DNA of 64,000 nucleotides, from assembly GCF_004353825.1 (NCBI RefSeq), contig NZ_SMNA01000004.1, forward strand, positions 1 to 64,000. Reading direction: 5' to 3'. Positions 1-8,782 of the stretch are shown here, piece after piece. The number at the start of each line of letters is the position of its first letter. Positions within the stretch are counted from its first letter, which is position 1. Made by a program: the position numbers and the translations under genes. This stretch comes from Occultella glacieicola. Its GTDB lineage: Bacteria; Actinomycetota; Actinomycetes; Actinomycetales; Beutenbergiaceae. Under the pieces are notes generated by a model that saw nothing but the letters and a program-made list of their open reading frames with translations, made no database searches and had not been told where the DNA came from.

Positions 1-157
1 CGAGAGTGGCCCGGGCCGCGCGCAGGCCGGCGGCGTACCCGGCCGCGTGCCCGCGCCGCTGCGCCTGCTCCTGGCCGCGCGGGTCCGCGCCGGCCCCGGT
101 GCTGGGGAAGACGGCCGGGGCGAACCTGGCCGCGGCCGCGGGGGAGTCAGTCGACAT
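1..157 (-). CDS. fliH: Flagellar assembly protein FliH, N-terminal part (runs off the window)
   Basis: Manual translation from ATG at 157 gives MSTDSPAAAARFAPAVF...RRGHAAGYAAGLRAAR, with the GxxxG repeats typical of FliH. It overlaps the fliG stop. Not in the ORF track. Confidence 0.8.
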   Translation of the reverse strand, partial: MSTDSPAAAARFAPAVFPSTGAGADPRGQEQAQRRGHAAGYAAGLRAARATL

Positions 158-1166
158 AGCGATCCTCCGAGCCGCGCACGACCACGAGCTCGCCGCTCGC
201 CTCGAGGCGCCGCATCGCCAGGACCACCTCGTTCCGGGCGTCCTCGACCTGGGAGGCGCGCAGGCGCACGGGGCGCGCGGTCTCCTCGTCGAGGATCTCC
301 CGGTTGCGGCTGGAGATGTTGGCGGTGATCTTGTCGGAGATCGCCGGCGTGGCGCCCCGCAGGGCGATCGCGAGCATCGCAGGGTCGATCCCGCGGAGCA
401 CCTTCTGCATGTCCAGGTCCTCGACGTGGACCACGTCGGCGAACGTCAGCAGCTGGGCCCGGACCTCCTCGGCCAAGTCCGGGTCGAGCTGGTCGAGTCC
501 TTCGAGCACGGCGGTCTCGGTGCGCTTGTCCGCCCGGTTGATGATCTCCACCAGGGGGACGACCCCGCCGACGTTGTCGGCCGCCTCACGGGACGCGGTG
601 GCGGCGCCGACCCGCTGCTTCAGCGTCTCGGCCACGATCGAGACGGCCTCGGGTGACGACGGGCCCATGGTGGCGATGCGCCTGGCGAGCTGGGGCCGCA
701 GGTGGTCCGGGAGCACGGAGAGCACCCCGGAGGCGCGCTCGGGACGCAGGTGCGCCAGCACGATCGCGACCGTCTGCGGGTGCTCCCCCTCCAGGAGCTG
801 CACGAGGTGCGGGTCCTCGACGGTGTCCAGGAACTCGAACTGCTGGCCGGCCATCGACGACTCGACCCGGGTCATCACGCCGGCGGCCCGCTCGGAGCCG
901 AACGAGGCCTCCAGGAGACCGGTGGCCACGTCCTTGCCCCCGCGGGAGCGGAACCGGCTCGTGATCGTGGAGTCGTGCACCTCGGTGACCACGGCATCGG
1001 CCACCGACCGGTCCACCCGGCGCAGCCGGACGATCTCCGCCGTGATCTCCTCGGCCTCGGCCTCGGTGAAGCGCTGCATCACCTTGGCAGCGCGCTCCTG
1101 TTCCAACTGCATCAGCAGCAGGGCCACCTTCTGCACACCGGTCAGTTCGGTGTCCGTGACGCTCAT
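147..1166 (-). CDS. fliG: Flagellar motor switch protein FliG
   Basis: LTGVQKVALLL start, EHPQTVA motif, LTFADV; lies downstream of fliF. Confidence 0.97.
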   Translation of the reverse strand: MSVTDTELTGVQKVALLLMQLEQERAAKVMQRFTEAEAEEITAEIVRLRRVDRSVADAVVTEVHDSTITSRFRSRGGKDVATGLLEASFGSERAAGVMTRVESSMAGQQFEFLDTVEDPHLVQLLEGEHPQTVAIVLAHLRPERASGVLSVLPDHLRPQLARRIATMGPSSPEAVSIVAETLKQRVGAATASREAADNVGGVVPLVEIINRADKRTETAVLEGLDQLDPDLAEEVRAQLLTFADVVHVEDLDMQKVLRGIDPAMLAIALRGATPAISDKITANISSRNREILDEETARPVRLRASQVEDARNEVVLAMRRLEASGELVVVRGSEDRYVD

Positions 1167-2752
1167 ACCGGGCGCCTTTCGTCCATCAGGTCACGCAGGG
1201 CCTCGGCCATCCGGTCCGGGTCGTGCTCGGCGATGGAGTCGAGTTCGGCGCGCTTGCGCACCAGGTCCTCCGGGCCGTTGTCCAGGAACGGAGGCGGCGG
1301 CAGCTCGAACCGGGGCTCGGGGTCGGCCGGCAGTTCCGGTCGCGCCCCGTCCTCGATCGTCTCGATGGTGGCCGGGCCGAGGTCGATCGACTCCCGGTTC
1401 TGGCGGCGGTTGCGGCGGGCGTAGATCACGAGCGCGACGATGACGGCGGCCAGCACCGCGGCGACGATCATGCCGGTGCGGGTGAGGTCCGCGCGCTGCT
1501 GGGCCGTCTCCGCGGCCGCGGCCGCGGCGATCGCGTCCTGCGCCTCCTGTGCGGAGGACGTGTCGAACTGCACGGGGGTGACCGTGACCTCGTCGCCGCG
1601 AGCGATGTCCACGCCCGCGGCCGTGGCGACCAACGCGGACAGCTCGGCCATGTTCACCGGCGCCGCGGCGGCGGTGTCCACCGCGACCGAGACCGACTGA
1701 CGGATCAGGGTCCCGGCCGGGATGGTCGTGGTCTGGGTGACCGAGTTCAGCGCGTTGTCGTTCACCTCGGACTCCGAGGAGTACTCCCCGGCGTCGCCCT
1801 CGCCGTCCGGGACGGCGATGTTGTCCGGGCCCAGGACACCGGCCCCGGTGCCGCCGGACCCGGTGTAGGTCTCGGTGGTCGTCGAGGAGGAGTGCGCGGG
1901 CGCCCCCTCCGGCGCGGTGAAGCTCTCCTCGAGCCGTTCGGCCGACTCGGTGGAGACCTGTGCCGCCACCACGACGGTCGAGTTCCCGGCGCCGAGGACC
2001 TGGTCGAGCATGGCCTGGACCTGGGCGCGGACCCGCTCCTCGTGGTCACTCGCCTGCTGGTCCGGGGTGCCGGTGGCGCCCTGCCCGACGGCGGAGAGCA
2101 CCCGCCCGGTGGCGTCGATCACGGCGACGTCCGTGGGCGCCATGCCGTCGATGGACGCCGAGGTCAGATGCACGATCGCCTGCACCTGGTCGGAGTTGAG
2201 GGACACGCCCTCGTCGGTCTCGATGAACACCGACGCGGTCGGGTTCGTGGCCTGGGAGACGAACACGGTCTCCTCGGGGATGGCGAGGCGCACGGAGGCG
2301 GTCCGCACGCCCGACATGGCGCCGATGGTCGCGGCCAGCTCACCCTCGAGGGCGCGCTGGTAGGTGACCTCCTGCTGGAACTCGCTGGTCGTCACCCCCA
2401 TGTCGTCGAGCAGCGAGTAGCCACCCGTCGAGGAGCTCGGCAGGCCCGCAGCCGCGGCCTGGAGGCGCTGGTCGTAGACCGACTCCTCCGGCACCAGCAC
2501 CGTGGAACCGCCGTCGGTCAGCTGGTACTCGACGCCGTTCGTGCGCAACTGTTCCACGATCGTGTTCGCGTCGGTGGGGGACAGCCCGGAGAACAGCGGG
2601 GTGAACGACGGGCGGGAGAGCCAGGAGGAGAGCGCGACGGAGCCGAGGATGAGCACCGCGATCCCGATCAGGGCCAGCGTGCGCTGGGCGAGGCTGAACG
2701 CGCGGACCGACTCCACGAGCCGGCCGAACCAGGAGGTCAGGGTCGCCGCCAT
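1163..2752 (-). CDS. fliF: Flagellar MS-ring protein FliF
   Basis: Two TM segments; GYSLLD, YQRALEGELA and PTASV motifs. Confidence 0.97.
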   Translation of the reverse strand: MAATLTSWFGRLVESVRAFSLAQRTLALIGIAVLILGSVALSSWLSRPSFTPLFSGLSPTDANTIVEQLRTNGVEYQLTDGGSTVLVPEESVYDQRLQAAAAGLPSSSTGGYSLLDDMGVTTSEFQQEVTYQRALEGELAATIGAMSGVRTASVRLAIPEETVFVSQATNPTASVFIETDEGVSLNSDQVQAIVHLTSASIDGMAPTDVAVIDATGRVLSAVGQGATGTPDQQASDHEERVRAQVQAMLDQVLGAGNSTVVVAAQVSTESAERLEESFTAPEGAPAHSSSTTTETYTGSGGTGAGVLGPDNIAVPDGEGDAGEYSSESEVNDNALNSVTQTTTIPAGTLIRQSVSVAVDTAAAAPVNMAELSALVATAAGVDIARGDEVTVTPVQFDTSSAQEAQDAIAAAAAAETAQQRADLTRTGMIVAAVLAAVIVALVIYARRNRRQNRESIDLGPATIETIEDGARPELPADPEPRFELPPPPFLDNGPEDLVRKRAELDSIAEHDPDRMAEALRDLMDERRPV

Positions 2753-3060
2753 CAGGCCTGCATCCTCATGATCTCGTTGAACGCGTCCACACCCTTGTTC
2801 CGGATGGTGGCGACGAGTTCGAGGGTGACCTGCGCACGGGTGCTGGCCAGGGTGGCCTGGTGGATGTCGGTGAGGTCACCGGTGACGGCCTTGATGGCCA
2901 GCTCGTTCGAGGTGCCCTGCAGCGCCTGCAGGTCCTCGAGGGCCCCGGTGAGGGCCGCGCCGAAGCCTTCCGGGCCGGTCGCGGCCGCAGCCCGGTCGAC
3001 GGCGGCGGGTGCGCCGGTCTGCTGTGCGGCGCCGAGTGCGCCGATGGCGTCGATGGGCAT
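2752..3060 (-). CDS. fliE: Flagellar hook-basal body protein FliE
   Basis: C-terminal IRNKGVDAFNEIMRMQA. Confidence 0.96.
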   Translation of the reverse strand: MPIDAIGALGAAQQTGAPAAVDRAAAATGPEGFGAALTGALEDLQALQGTSNELAIKAVTGDLTDIHQATLASTRAQVTLELVATIRNKGVDAFNEIMRMQA

Positions 3061-3449
3061 CAGTTGCGTCCGATCTGGAGGGCGGCGGTGTAGGTGTCCT
3101 TGGCGCGGTCGACGACGGCGGCCGAGGCCTGGTAGCCGCGCTGGGCGAGGATGAGCTGCGACATCTGGGAGGCCATGTCGATGTCCGGGTAGCGCACGTA
3201 GCCGTCGGCGTCGGCGAGCGGGTGGTCCGGCTCATGCACGAGCCGGCCCTCGGCGTCGCCGTAGGCGGCACCCTGGACGTACACGCCGCCCTCCTCGCCG
3301 GCGGTGGCGAGGACGTACCGCGCCCGGAACGCCTCGCCGCCGGTGCTGGTCACGGTGTTGGCGTTGGCGATGTTGTCGCTGATCGCGTCCAACCACTTGC
3401 GGTGCACGGTCAGGCCGGTGCCGGCCACGCCGATCGCGTCGAAGGTCAT
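3060..3449 (-). CDS. flgC: Flagellar basal body rod protein FlgC
   Basis: MTFDAIGVAGTGL...SDNIANANT...EPDHPLADADGYVRYPD; start trimmed to the ATG at 3449. Confidence 0.95.
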   Translation of the reverse strand: MTFDAIGVAGTGLTVHRKWLDAISDNIANANTVTSTGGEAFRARYVLATAGEEGGVYVQGAAYGDAEGRLVHEPDHPLADADGYVRYPDIDMASQMSQLILAQRGYQASAAVVDRAKDTYTAALQIGRN

Positions 3450-3790
3450 CAGTTCGTCCTCATCGCCGTGCGCAGGGCCGTGAACGGGCCGTCGGCGGCC
3501 CGCGCCGCGAACTGGAAGCGCAGCACGGTGTCGACGTTCGACAGCGTCTCGGTGTCGAGATTGACGTTGTTGCCGTCGAGCCGGGTGGGCTCGAGGGAAC
3601 GCTGCTCGGTCGCCTCGGCGCCTCCGTCGCCCGCGGCCACGGACCGGGCGATGGCGTCCTCGAACGCGACCCGGCGGGCGGTGTAGTTCGGGGTGTTGAC
3701 GTTCGCGATGTTCGAGGCGATGGCACGCTGCCGCGCGGACAGGCCATCCAGGGCGCTCGAGATCGCGAGCGAGGTCACGGATTCCAGCAC
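3449..3790 (-). CDS. flgB: Flagellar basal body rod protein FlgB
   Basis: RQRAIASNIANVNTPNY and RLDGNNVNLD; start at GTG 3790 is inferred. Confidence 0.93.
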   Translation of the reverse strand: MLESVTSLAISSALDGLSARQRAIASNIANVNTPNYTARRVAFEDAIARSVAAGDGGAEATEQRSLEPTRLDGNNVNLDTETLSNVDTVLRFQFAARAADGPFTALRTAMRTN

Positions 3791-3821
3791 GAGGAGACTC
3801 ACTTCGTGTCGATGCTGCGGT

Positions 3822-3859
3822 GGCCGATCCGTGGCCGGGGCTGAGCGATCCGTGCTCAG
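3822..3859 (-). promoter_or_regulatory. Two CsrA-type hairpins (loop ACGGAUC) in the flgB leader
   Basis: On the mRNA strand: CUGAGC-ACGGAUC-GCUCAG (3841-3859) and GGCC-ACGGAUC-GGCC (3822-3836). This matches the ANGGA-in-loop CsrA consensus. Confidence 0.7.
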
Positions 3860-3865
3860 TTCCCT

Positions 3866-3893
3866 CTCTCGGCAGCAGCGTGACGTCGGTAAG
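3866..3893 (-). promoter_or_regulatory. Sigma-28-like promoter of the flgB operon
   Basis: CTTAC-N15-GCCGAGAG, with identical elements and spacing upstream of fliC and flgN. Confidence 0.75.
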
Positions 3894-3980
3894 CGGTTCC
3901 GTGCGAGCAATGTATAGACGTCGCAGGCGACAGTGACCGCGCATACAGGGAGACGCCCAGGTGGCGTCTTGACGCGATGG

Positions 3981-4337
3981 TCAGCCCGTGACGTCCAGGT
4001 AGACCGGGTGCCCGGCGTCGGCGCTCGGGACGGTGGCGAGCGCGGCGCGGTGCCGGCGGGCCGCGGCCATCGATTCCCGGAGGGCGGTCGCGGCCTCCTG
4101 CTGGGCGTGCACGACCGCGCGCGCCCGGTCGCGCAGGTCGGCCGGGAGCGGGCCGAGGCCCGACGGCGGGTGCCAGGCGACGGAGGGCAGGGGCCACTGC
4201 GCCGCTTCGGTCGTGCTCGACGTCGCTGCCGCGGCACGACGGGCCTCGTGCTCGAGGGCGTCGAGGAACTCGACCCAGGTGTTCGGGGTGCCGGGCACGG
4301 CCGCGAGGACGGGCACGTGCGCGTCGGTCGGGGCCAT
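3981..4337 (-). CDS. Small flagellar-cluster protein (FliT-position hypothetical)
   Basis: Coupled to fliS; helical; WHPPSGLGPLP and C-terminal PVYLDVTG. Confidence 0.75.
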   Translation of the reverse strand: MAPTDAHVPVLAAVPGTPNTWVEFLDALEHEARRAAAATSSTTEAAQWPLPSVAWHPPSGLGPLPADLRDRARAVVHAQQEAATALRESMAAARRHRAALATVPSADAGHPVYLDVTG

Positions 4338-4756
4338 CAGGCCACGCCGAGCGAGCCGTTCGGCGCCGCGCTGCGCAGCGCCGGCACCATCGCCGCAGCC
4401 TCGTGCCAGGCCTCCCGGATCGGCTCGAGGAGTTCACGCACGGTCGTCACGAGGGCGGCGTCGCGGGTCGTGGTCGCGGTGAGCAGCCGGGACAGTGCGA
4501 ACGAGTAGATCGCGTGCAACTGCACCGCACCGTCCCAGGCGTCCACGTCCAGGGTTGTCATCAACTCCGTCAGGATGCGCTGGGCGTGGACCACGTGGCC
4601 ACGGGCCTCGTTCCAGTCGCCGGCCACGTTCGCCGCCTCGGCGCGGCCGAGGTCCAGGAGCAGACGGTCGTAGAGCATGGTGACGAGGCGGGCGGGCGAG
4701 GCGGCGAGCACCTGGTCCTGGAGATAGGACTGCCTGGCGGCACTGAAGGTGGACAT
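4337..4756 (-). CDS. fliS: Flagellar export chaperone FliS
   Basis: ASPARLVTMLYD; IREAW. Confidence 0.95.
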   Translation of the reverse strand: MSTFSAARQSYLQDQVLAASPARLVTMLYDRLLLDLGRAEAANVAGDWNEARGHVVHAQRILTELMTTLDVDAWDGAVQLHAIYSFALSRLLTATTTRDAALVTTVRELLEPIREAWHEAAAMVPALRSAAPNGSLGVA

Positions 4757-4813
4757 CGGTGGCGGGCCCCGGTCGGGGCTGCCTCCTCTCGGTGGTCGGG
4801 GTGGTCAGGGTGG

Positions 4814-6205
4814 TCAGACGGAGTTCGAGGTCGCCAGGCCGGCGAGCTGCGAGGCGAGGTAGGACTGCTGGGACTCCAGCCGGGACAGCGCGACCTCCAT
4901 GGCGGTGAAGGTGCGCTGCAGCGTCTCCCGCCGGGACACGAGCCGGCGGTCCCACTCGGCGATCTGGGTACCGATGTCCTCGACCCGGTCCTGCTCGCCG
5001 GTGATCCGGACGCTGAGCAGGCCGGTCTTGGGCGCGGACACCGCCTCCGCGGCTTCGCTCACGCGGCCGGCGATCGCGCCCAGCGTGCTGGTGACCCGGT
5101 CCGGGTCGGCGGCGAGCGCCTCGCGGAAGGCGGTCTCGTCGAACTCGACGGTGCCGTCGCGGGTGATCACGATGCCGATCTCGGACGGGGACCGGCCCTC
5201 GACCGGTGCGGTCGCGGCCGTGAGCAACCGTGATGAGACCTCGCGCACGGTGGACTCCCCGGCGAACAGGCCGCCGCTGACGACCGGCTTGCCGTCCGCG
5301 CCGGTCGTGGCGGCGACCCGGCTGCGGGTGGCGATCTCGGCGAAGATCTCCGCGAGCGCGCCGACCAGCTCCTCGGCGGTCGTGGCCTGGGCGTCGGCGT
5401 CGGCGGCCACGGTGACGGTGACCGGGTCCGGGCCGGCGGTCGAGACGGTCACATCCACGCCCGGCATCAGGTCGGTGAAGGTGTTCGTCGCCGAGGTGAC
5501 CTGCTGCTCGGCCGCCGTTCCGGCCCAGAGCGTCACGACGGCGTCGGCGCCGGCGCGTACGTGGGCGGCACCCGGGCGGGTGAACAGGTCCTCGGCGGTA
5601 CCCGCCGTCACATCGGCGGACGACCCGGCGAAGACCTCGAACGCGGCGTCGGCACCGGAGCCGGCCGCGGTGAACTGGAGCCGGTGCAGTGCCTCGCCGG
5701 TCACCGGGTCGACCCCGGCGGCCACCTTCGAGGCGCGCACGCCGGCGTCGGCGGAGTTGACGGCGGCGACCACGGCGTCGAGGTCGCCGCTGCCGGCGGT
5801 GATCTCGGTGAGTTCGCCGCTCGCGGACCGGACGGTGAGCACGGCCGGGTCGGTGCCCCATGCGGACATCGCGGCGGTCACCGAGGACTGGGTCCGGGCC
5901 ACGGATGAGACCACGACGGAGAGTTCACCGACGCCGGCGCCCTTCGCCGCGGTCACGGTCACGCTCGGGTCGCTGCTGGTCGCGGTTCGCGGCTGCAGCC
6001 CGGTGTCGGTGGTGAGGTCCTTCGCCCGCTCGGTGAGGGCGGCGACCTTGGTGTTCAGGGACTGCCAGGCCGCGATCAGGCTGTCCGCGGTGGTGCGCTT
6101 GGAGGCGAGGAGCCGTTGGGGCCCGGCCTCGGCCGTGATCAGTGCATTGATCAGCGAGGTGGTGTCGAGGCCGCTGATGATGCCGTCGATGCCGAAGGAG
6201 GCCAT
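4814..6205 (-). CDS. fliD: Flagellar filament cap protein FliD
   Basis: GIISGLDTTSLINALITAE; C-terminal FTAMEVALSRL. Confidence 0.95.
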   Translation of the reverse strand: MASFGIDGIISGLDTTSLINALITAEAGPQRLLASKRTTADSLIAAWQSLNTKVAALTERAKDLTTDTGLQPRTATSSDPSVTVTAAKGAGVGELSVVVSSVARTQSSVTAAMSAWGTDPAVLTVRSASGELTEITAGSGDLDAVVAAVNSADAGVRASKVAAGVDPVTGEALHRLQFTAAGSGADAAFEVFAGSSADVTAGTAEDLFTRPGAAHVRAGADAVVTLWAGTAAEQQVTSATNTFTDLMPGVDVTVSTAGPDPVTVTVAADADAQATTAEELVGALAEIFAEIATRSRVAATTGADGKPVVSGGLFAGESTVREVSSRLLTAATAPVEGRSPSEIGIVITRDGTVEFDETAFREALAADPDRVTSTLGAIAGRVSEAAEAVSAPKTGLLSVRITGEQDRVEDIGTQIAEWDRRLVSRRETLQRTFTAMEVALSRLESQQSYLASQLAGLATSNSV

Positions 6206-6316
6206 CGCGAGAACTCCGATCAGATGGGACGAGGCCGGTGGGACGAGGACGCCCGCGGTGGGGGCCGGACGGGACGGCTCCCACCCCGGGCGTCGGTTGC
6301 TGCCGATGGAACCGGT

Positions 6317-6347
6317 GGCCGGCCGGTGGGGGGATCACCGGCCGGCC
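6317..6347 (-). terminator. Strong hairpin directly after fliC
   Basis: 12-bp perfect stem GGCCGGCCGGTG/CACCGGCCGGCC just past the fliC stop. A second long hairpin lies at 6248-6294. Confidence 0.6.
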
Positions 6348-6352
6348 GTGGC

Positions 6353-7183
6353 TCAGCGGAGCAGCTGGAGGACGCCCTGCGAGGCCTGGTTGGCCTGCGC
6401 GAGCATCGCGGTGCCGGCCTGCGACAGGATCTGCGACCGGGTGAAGTCCACCATCTCCTTGGCCATGTCGACGTCGCGGATGCGCGACTCGGACGCGGTC
6501 AGGTTCTCGATGGAGACGTTGATGTTCTTCACCGCGTACTCGAGGCGGTTCTGCGTCGCACCGAGCTCGGAACGGCCGGTGGACACCGAGGCGATGGCCG
6601 TGTCGATCGAGTCGATGGCGGCCTGCGCCGTCGTCGCGTCCGTCACGTCGAGCGTGCCCAGGGTGGTGACGACCCCCGTCAGGTTGTTGGTCGCGAGGCC
6701 GATCGTGATCTGCGAGCTGGTGCCCGAGTCCGCACCCACCTGGATGGTGAGGTCGGCCGCGGTGCCGTCAAGCAGCTGGATGCCGTTGAAGTTCGTGCTG
6801 TCGGCGATCCGGGTGAGCTCGTCGGTGAGGTCGCCGAGCTCGTTGGAGATCGCGGTGCGCGAGTCGGCGTTGTTCGTGTCGTTCGCACCCTGGACGGCGA
6901 GGTCACGCATCCGCTGCAGGATCGAGTGTGCCTCACCGAGCGCGCCCTCGGCGGTCTGGACGACGCTGATGCCGTCCTGGGCGTTGCGGGCGGCCACGGT
7001 GTAGCCGTTGACCTGGCTGCGCAGGCCCTCGGCGATGGACAGGCCGGCCGCGTCGTCACCGGCGCGGTTGATCCGCAGACCCGAGGAGAGCTTCTCCAGG
7101 GACTTGGCCTGCTGGTCCTGGGTGATGGCCAGGTTGCGGTAGGTGTTGGCCGCCGAGGTGTTGGTGTTGATTGCGAAACCCAT
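6353..7183 (-). CDS. fliC: Flagellin (short, 276 aa)
   Basis: INTN, LSSGLRINRAGDDAAGL, ESRIRDVDMA, QAGTAMLAQAN. Confidence 0.99.
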   Translation of the reverse strand: MGFAINTNTSAANTYRNLAITQDQQAKSLEKLSSGLRINRAGDDAAGLSIAEGLRSQVNGYTVAARNAQDGISVVQTAEGALGEAHSILQRMRDLAVQGANDTNNADSRTAISNELGDLTDELTRIADSTNFNGIQLLDGTAADLTIQVGADSGTSSQITIGLATNNLTGVVTTLGTLDVTDATTAQAAIDSIDTAIASVSTGRSELGATQNRLEYAVKNINVSIENLTASESRIRDVDMAKEMVDFTRSQILSQAGTAMLAQANQASQGVLQLLR

Positions 7184-7190
7184 GATGCTT

Positions 7191-7233
7191 TCCTCCGTGA
7201 GTGGGCTGATCGTGTCCGGCCCATCCGTGGGCC
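7191..7233 (-). promoter_or_regulatory. Two CsrA-type sites in the fliC leader
   Basis: Hairpin GGCCC-ACGGAU-GGGCC (7218-7233) plus an ACGGA overlapping the SD (UCACGGAGGA, 7191-7200), the same layout as B. subtilis hag. Confidence 0.75.
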
Positions 7234-7244
7234 GTCAGCGCTAC

Positions 7245-7272
7245 CTCTCGGCAGCGTCGCTCGGGATGTAAG
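7245..7272 (-). promoter_or_regulatory. Sigma-28-like promoter of fliC
   Basis: CTTAC-N15-GCCGAGAG. Confidence 0.8.
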
Positions 7273-7302
7273 GAGTCCGTTCGGACGACCGTCGCGGGGT
7301 CC

Positions 7303-8106
7303 TCAGGACACGGCGCGCACGGCCTCCGGGCGGGTGAAGCCGCCCTGGGTCAGGGCGGCGAGCTCGGTGAGGAAGGCGCGTCGGCGCGACGGCGCCACCC
7401 GTGACGTCGGGTCCGGGGCGTCGCCGTCGTCGTCGCGGTAGTGGGTGGCGAGCCCGTCCCGCAGCAACCGGACCGCCTCGGCGCGCTGCTGGGACACCGC
7501 GGCGTGCGAGATGCCCAGCTCCGCGGCGATCTCGTTCACGGTGCGGTCGGCGAAGTACACCTGCTCGGTGATGTAGCGCATCCGCTCCGGCAGTGCCGCG
7601 ACCGCGGCCCGCACGTACGTGGCGCGCTCGGCGACCATGACCGCGTCCTGCGGCGAGCCGTCGGTGTCGTGGAGGCGGTCGATGGTGACGTCGTCGAGCG
7701 AGTGCACCGTCCGGGCCGCATCCGCGAGTGCGGCGTCCACGCCGGCCACCTCGACCCCGAGGGCGTCCGCGAGCTCCTCGCGGGAGGGCTCGCGGCCGAG
7801 CGTGCCGCGCAGCTGCTCGCTCGCCGACAGTGTCTGACGGATCCGGCTACGGGCGCAGCGGGTCGCCCAGTCGCCCGCCCGCATCTCGTCGGCGAGCGCG
7901 CCGATGATCCGCTGCCGCGCGTAGGCCCCGAAGGGCACCCCGAGGGTCGGGTCGAACGCGTCGGCGGCGGTCACCAGGGCGACCGCGCCAGCCGAAGCCA
8001 GGTCGTCGCGGCTCAGGTGCGTGGCCCGACGGCAGACGTCGGCGACGAGATAGCCGACCAGCGGCAGGTTCTCCACCACGACCGCATTGCGCTCGGCACG
8101 ATTCAC
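7303..8106 (-). CDS. fliA: FliA/WhiG-family RNA polymerase sigma factor
   Basis: ENLPLV, DDLASAG, FDPTLGVPFGAYARQRIIGALADEMRAGDW, region 4 HTH; adjacent to flagellin. Confidence 0.88.
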   Translation of the reverse strand: MNRAERNAVVVENLPLVGYLVADVCRRATHLSRDDLASAGAVALVTAADAFDPTLGVPFGAYARQRIIGALADEMRAGDWATRCARSRIRQTLSASEQLRGTLGREPSREELADALGVEVAGVDAALADAARTVHSLDDVTIDRLHDTDGSPQDAVMVAERATYVRAAVAALPERMRYITEQVYFADRTVNEIAAELGISHAAVSQQRAEAVRLLRDGLATHYRDDDGDAPDPTSRVAPSRRRAFLTELAALTQGGFTRPEAVRAVS

Positions 8107-8214
8107 GACTCGACCCCCGGGACCTCAGAACGGACGCACGCTCGGTGTCGGGCCGGGACCGGCCGCTGATCGTGCAGGGACGACCATAGCGCATGTATAG
8201 ACGTTGGACTAGAC

Positions 8215-8242
8215 CTTACGAGCGCAGGATCGATGCCGAGAG
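8215..8242 (+). promoter_or_regulatory. Sigma-28-like promoter of flgN-flgK-flgL-fliW
   Basis: CTTAC-N15-GCCGAGAG. Confidence 0.75.
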
Positions 8243-8292
8243 TGGATCATGCGAGGGAACGAGTCCTCGCGACGGACCGGATCGGGGATCAC

Positions 8293-8775
8293 ATGGGAGC
8301 GCAGGAGCTGTCTGCCGCCATTTGGCACCAAAGGAACTTGCTCGAGTTGCTTCTGTTCAAGTTGACCGAGGAGCAGCTGCTGCTCACCGCTGGGCGCACC
8401 GATTGGCTCGCCAATGCCACCCGGGAGGTGGAACAGGTAGTCGAGCGTCTATACGAATCTGGACTCGCACGGGATGTCGAGGCCGCCGGGGTCGCCGGTC
8501 GGTGGGGAGCGGCCGACGGCGCCAGCCTGCGCGAGCTGATCCAGCACGCGCCGTCGCCCTGGGACGAGGTGCTCACCGAGCACCTCACCGCACTGACCTC
8601 GCTGACCGCCCGGATCCGCGACCTGCGGGACGCGAACGCGCAGTTCCTGCGCACCGGGTTGCGAGCCACCCAGGAGACGCTGGCCGGGCTCGACGGGGCG
8701 GTCGGCACGTACGACTCCCACGGAGCCAGCCGCGCCGAGACCGGCGCGGCCCGGCTCGTGGACAAGAGACTGTGA
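8293..8775 (+). CDS. flgN: Flagellar export chaperone FlgN
   Basis: LLELLLFKLTEEQLLL...WLANATREVE; precedes flgK; ATG at 8293. Confidence 0.88.
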   Translation: MGAQELSAAIWHQRNLLELLLFKLTEEQLLLTAGRTDWLANATREVEQVVERLYESGLARDVEAAGVAGRWGAADGASLRELIQHAPSPWDEVLTEHLTALTSLTARIRDLRDANAQFLRTGLRATQETLAGLDGAVGTYDSHGASRAETGAARLVDKRL

Positions 8776-8782
8776 GGACACG

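Noticed and set aside
4786..4817. Possible fourth sigma-28 promoter before fliS (ACCGAGAG)
   Set aside because: The -10 is imperfect and there is no TTAC at the 15-bp spacing.
1223..7441. Long plus-strand ORFs (643, 701 and 441 aa) over the flagellar genes, and similar antisense ORFs throughout the window
   Set aside because: Shadow ORFs caused by high GC3 codon bias. They have no recognisable motifs and fully overlap well-supported genes.
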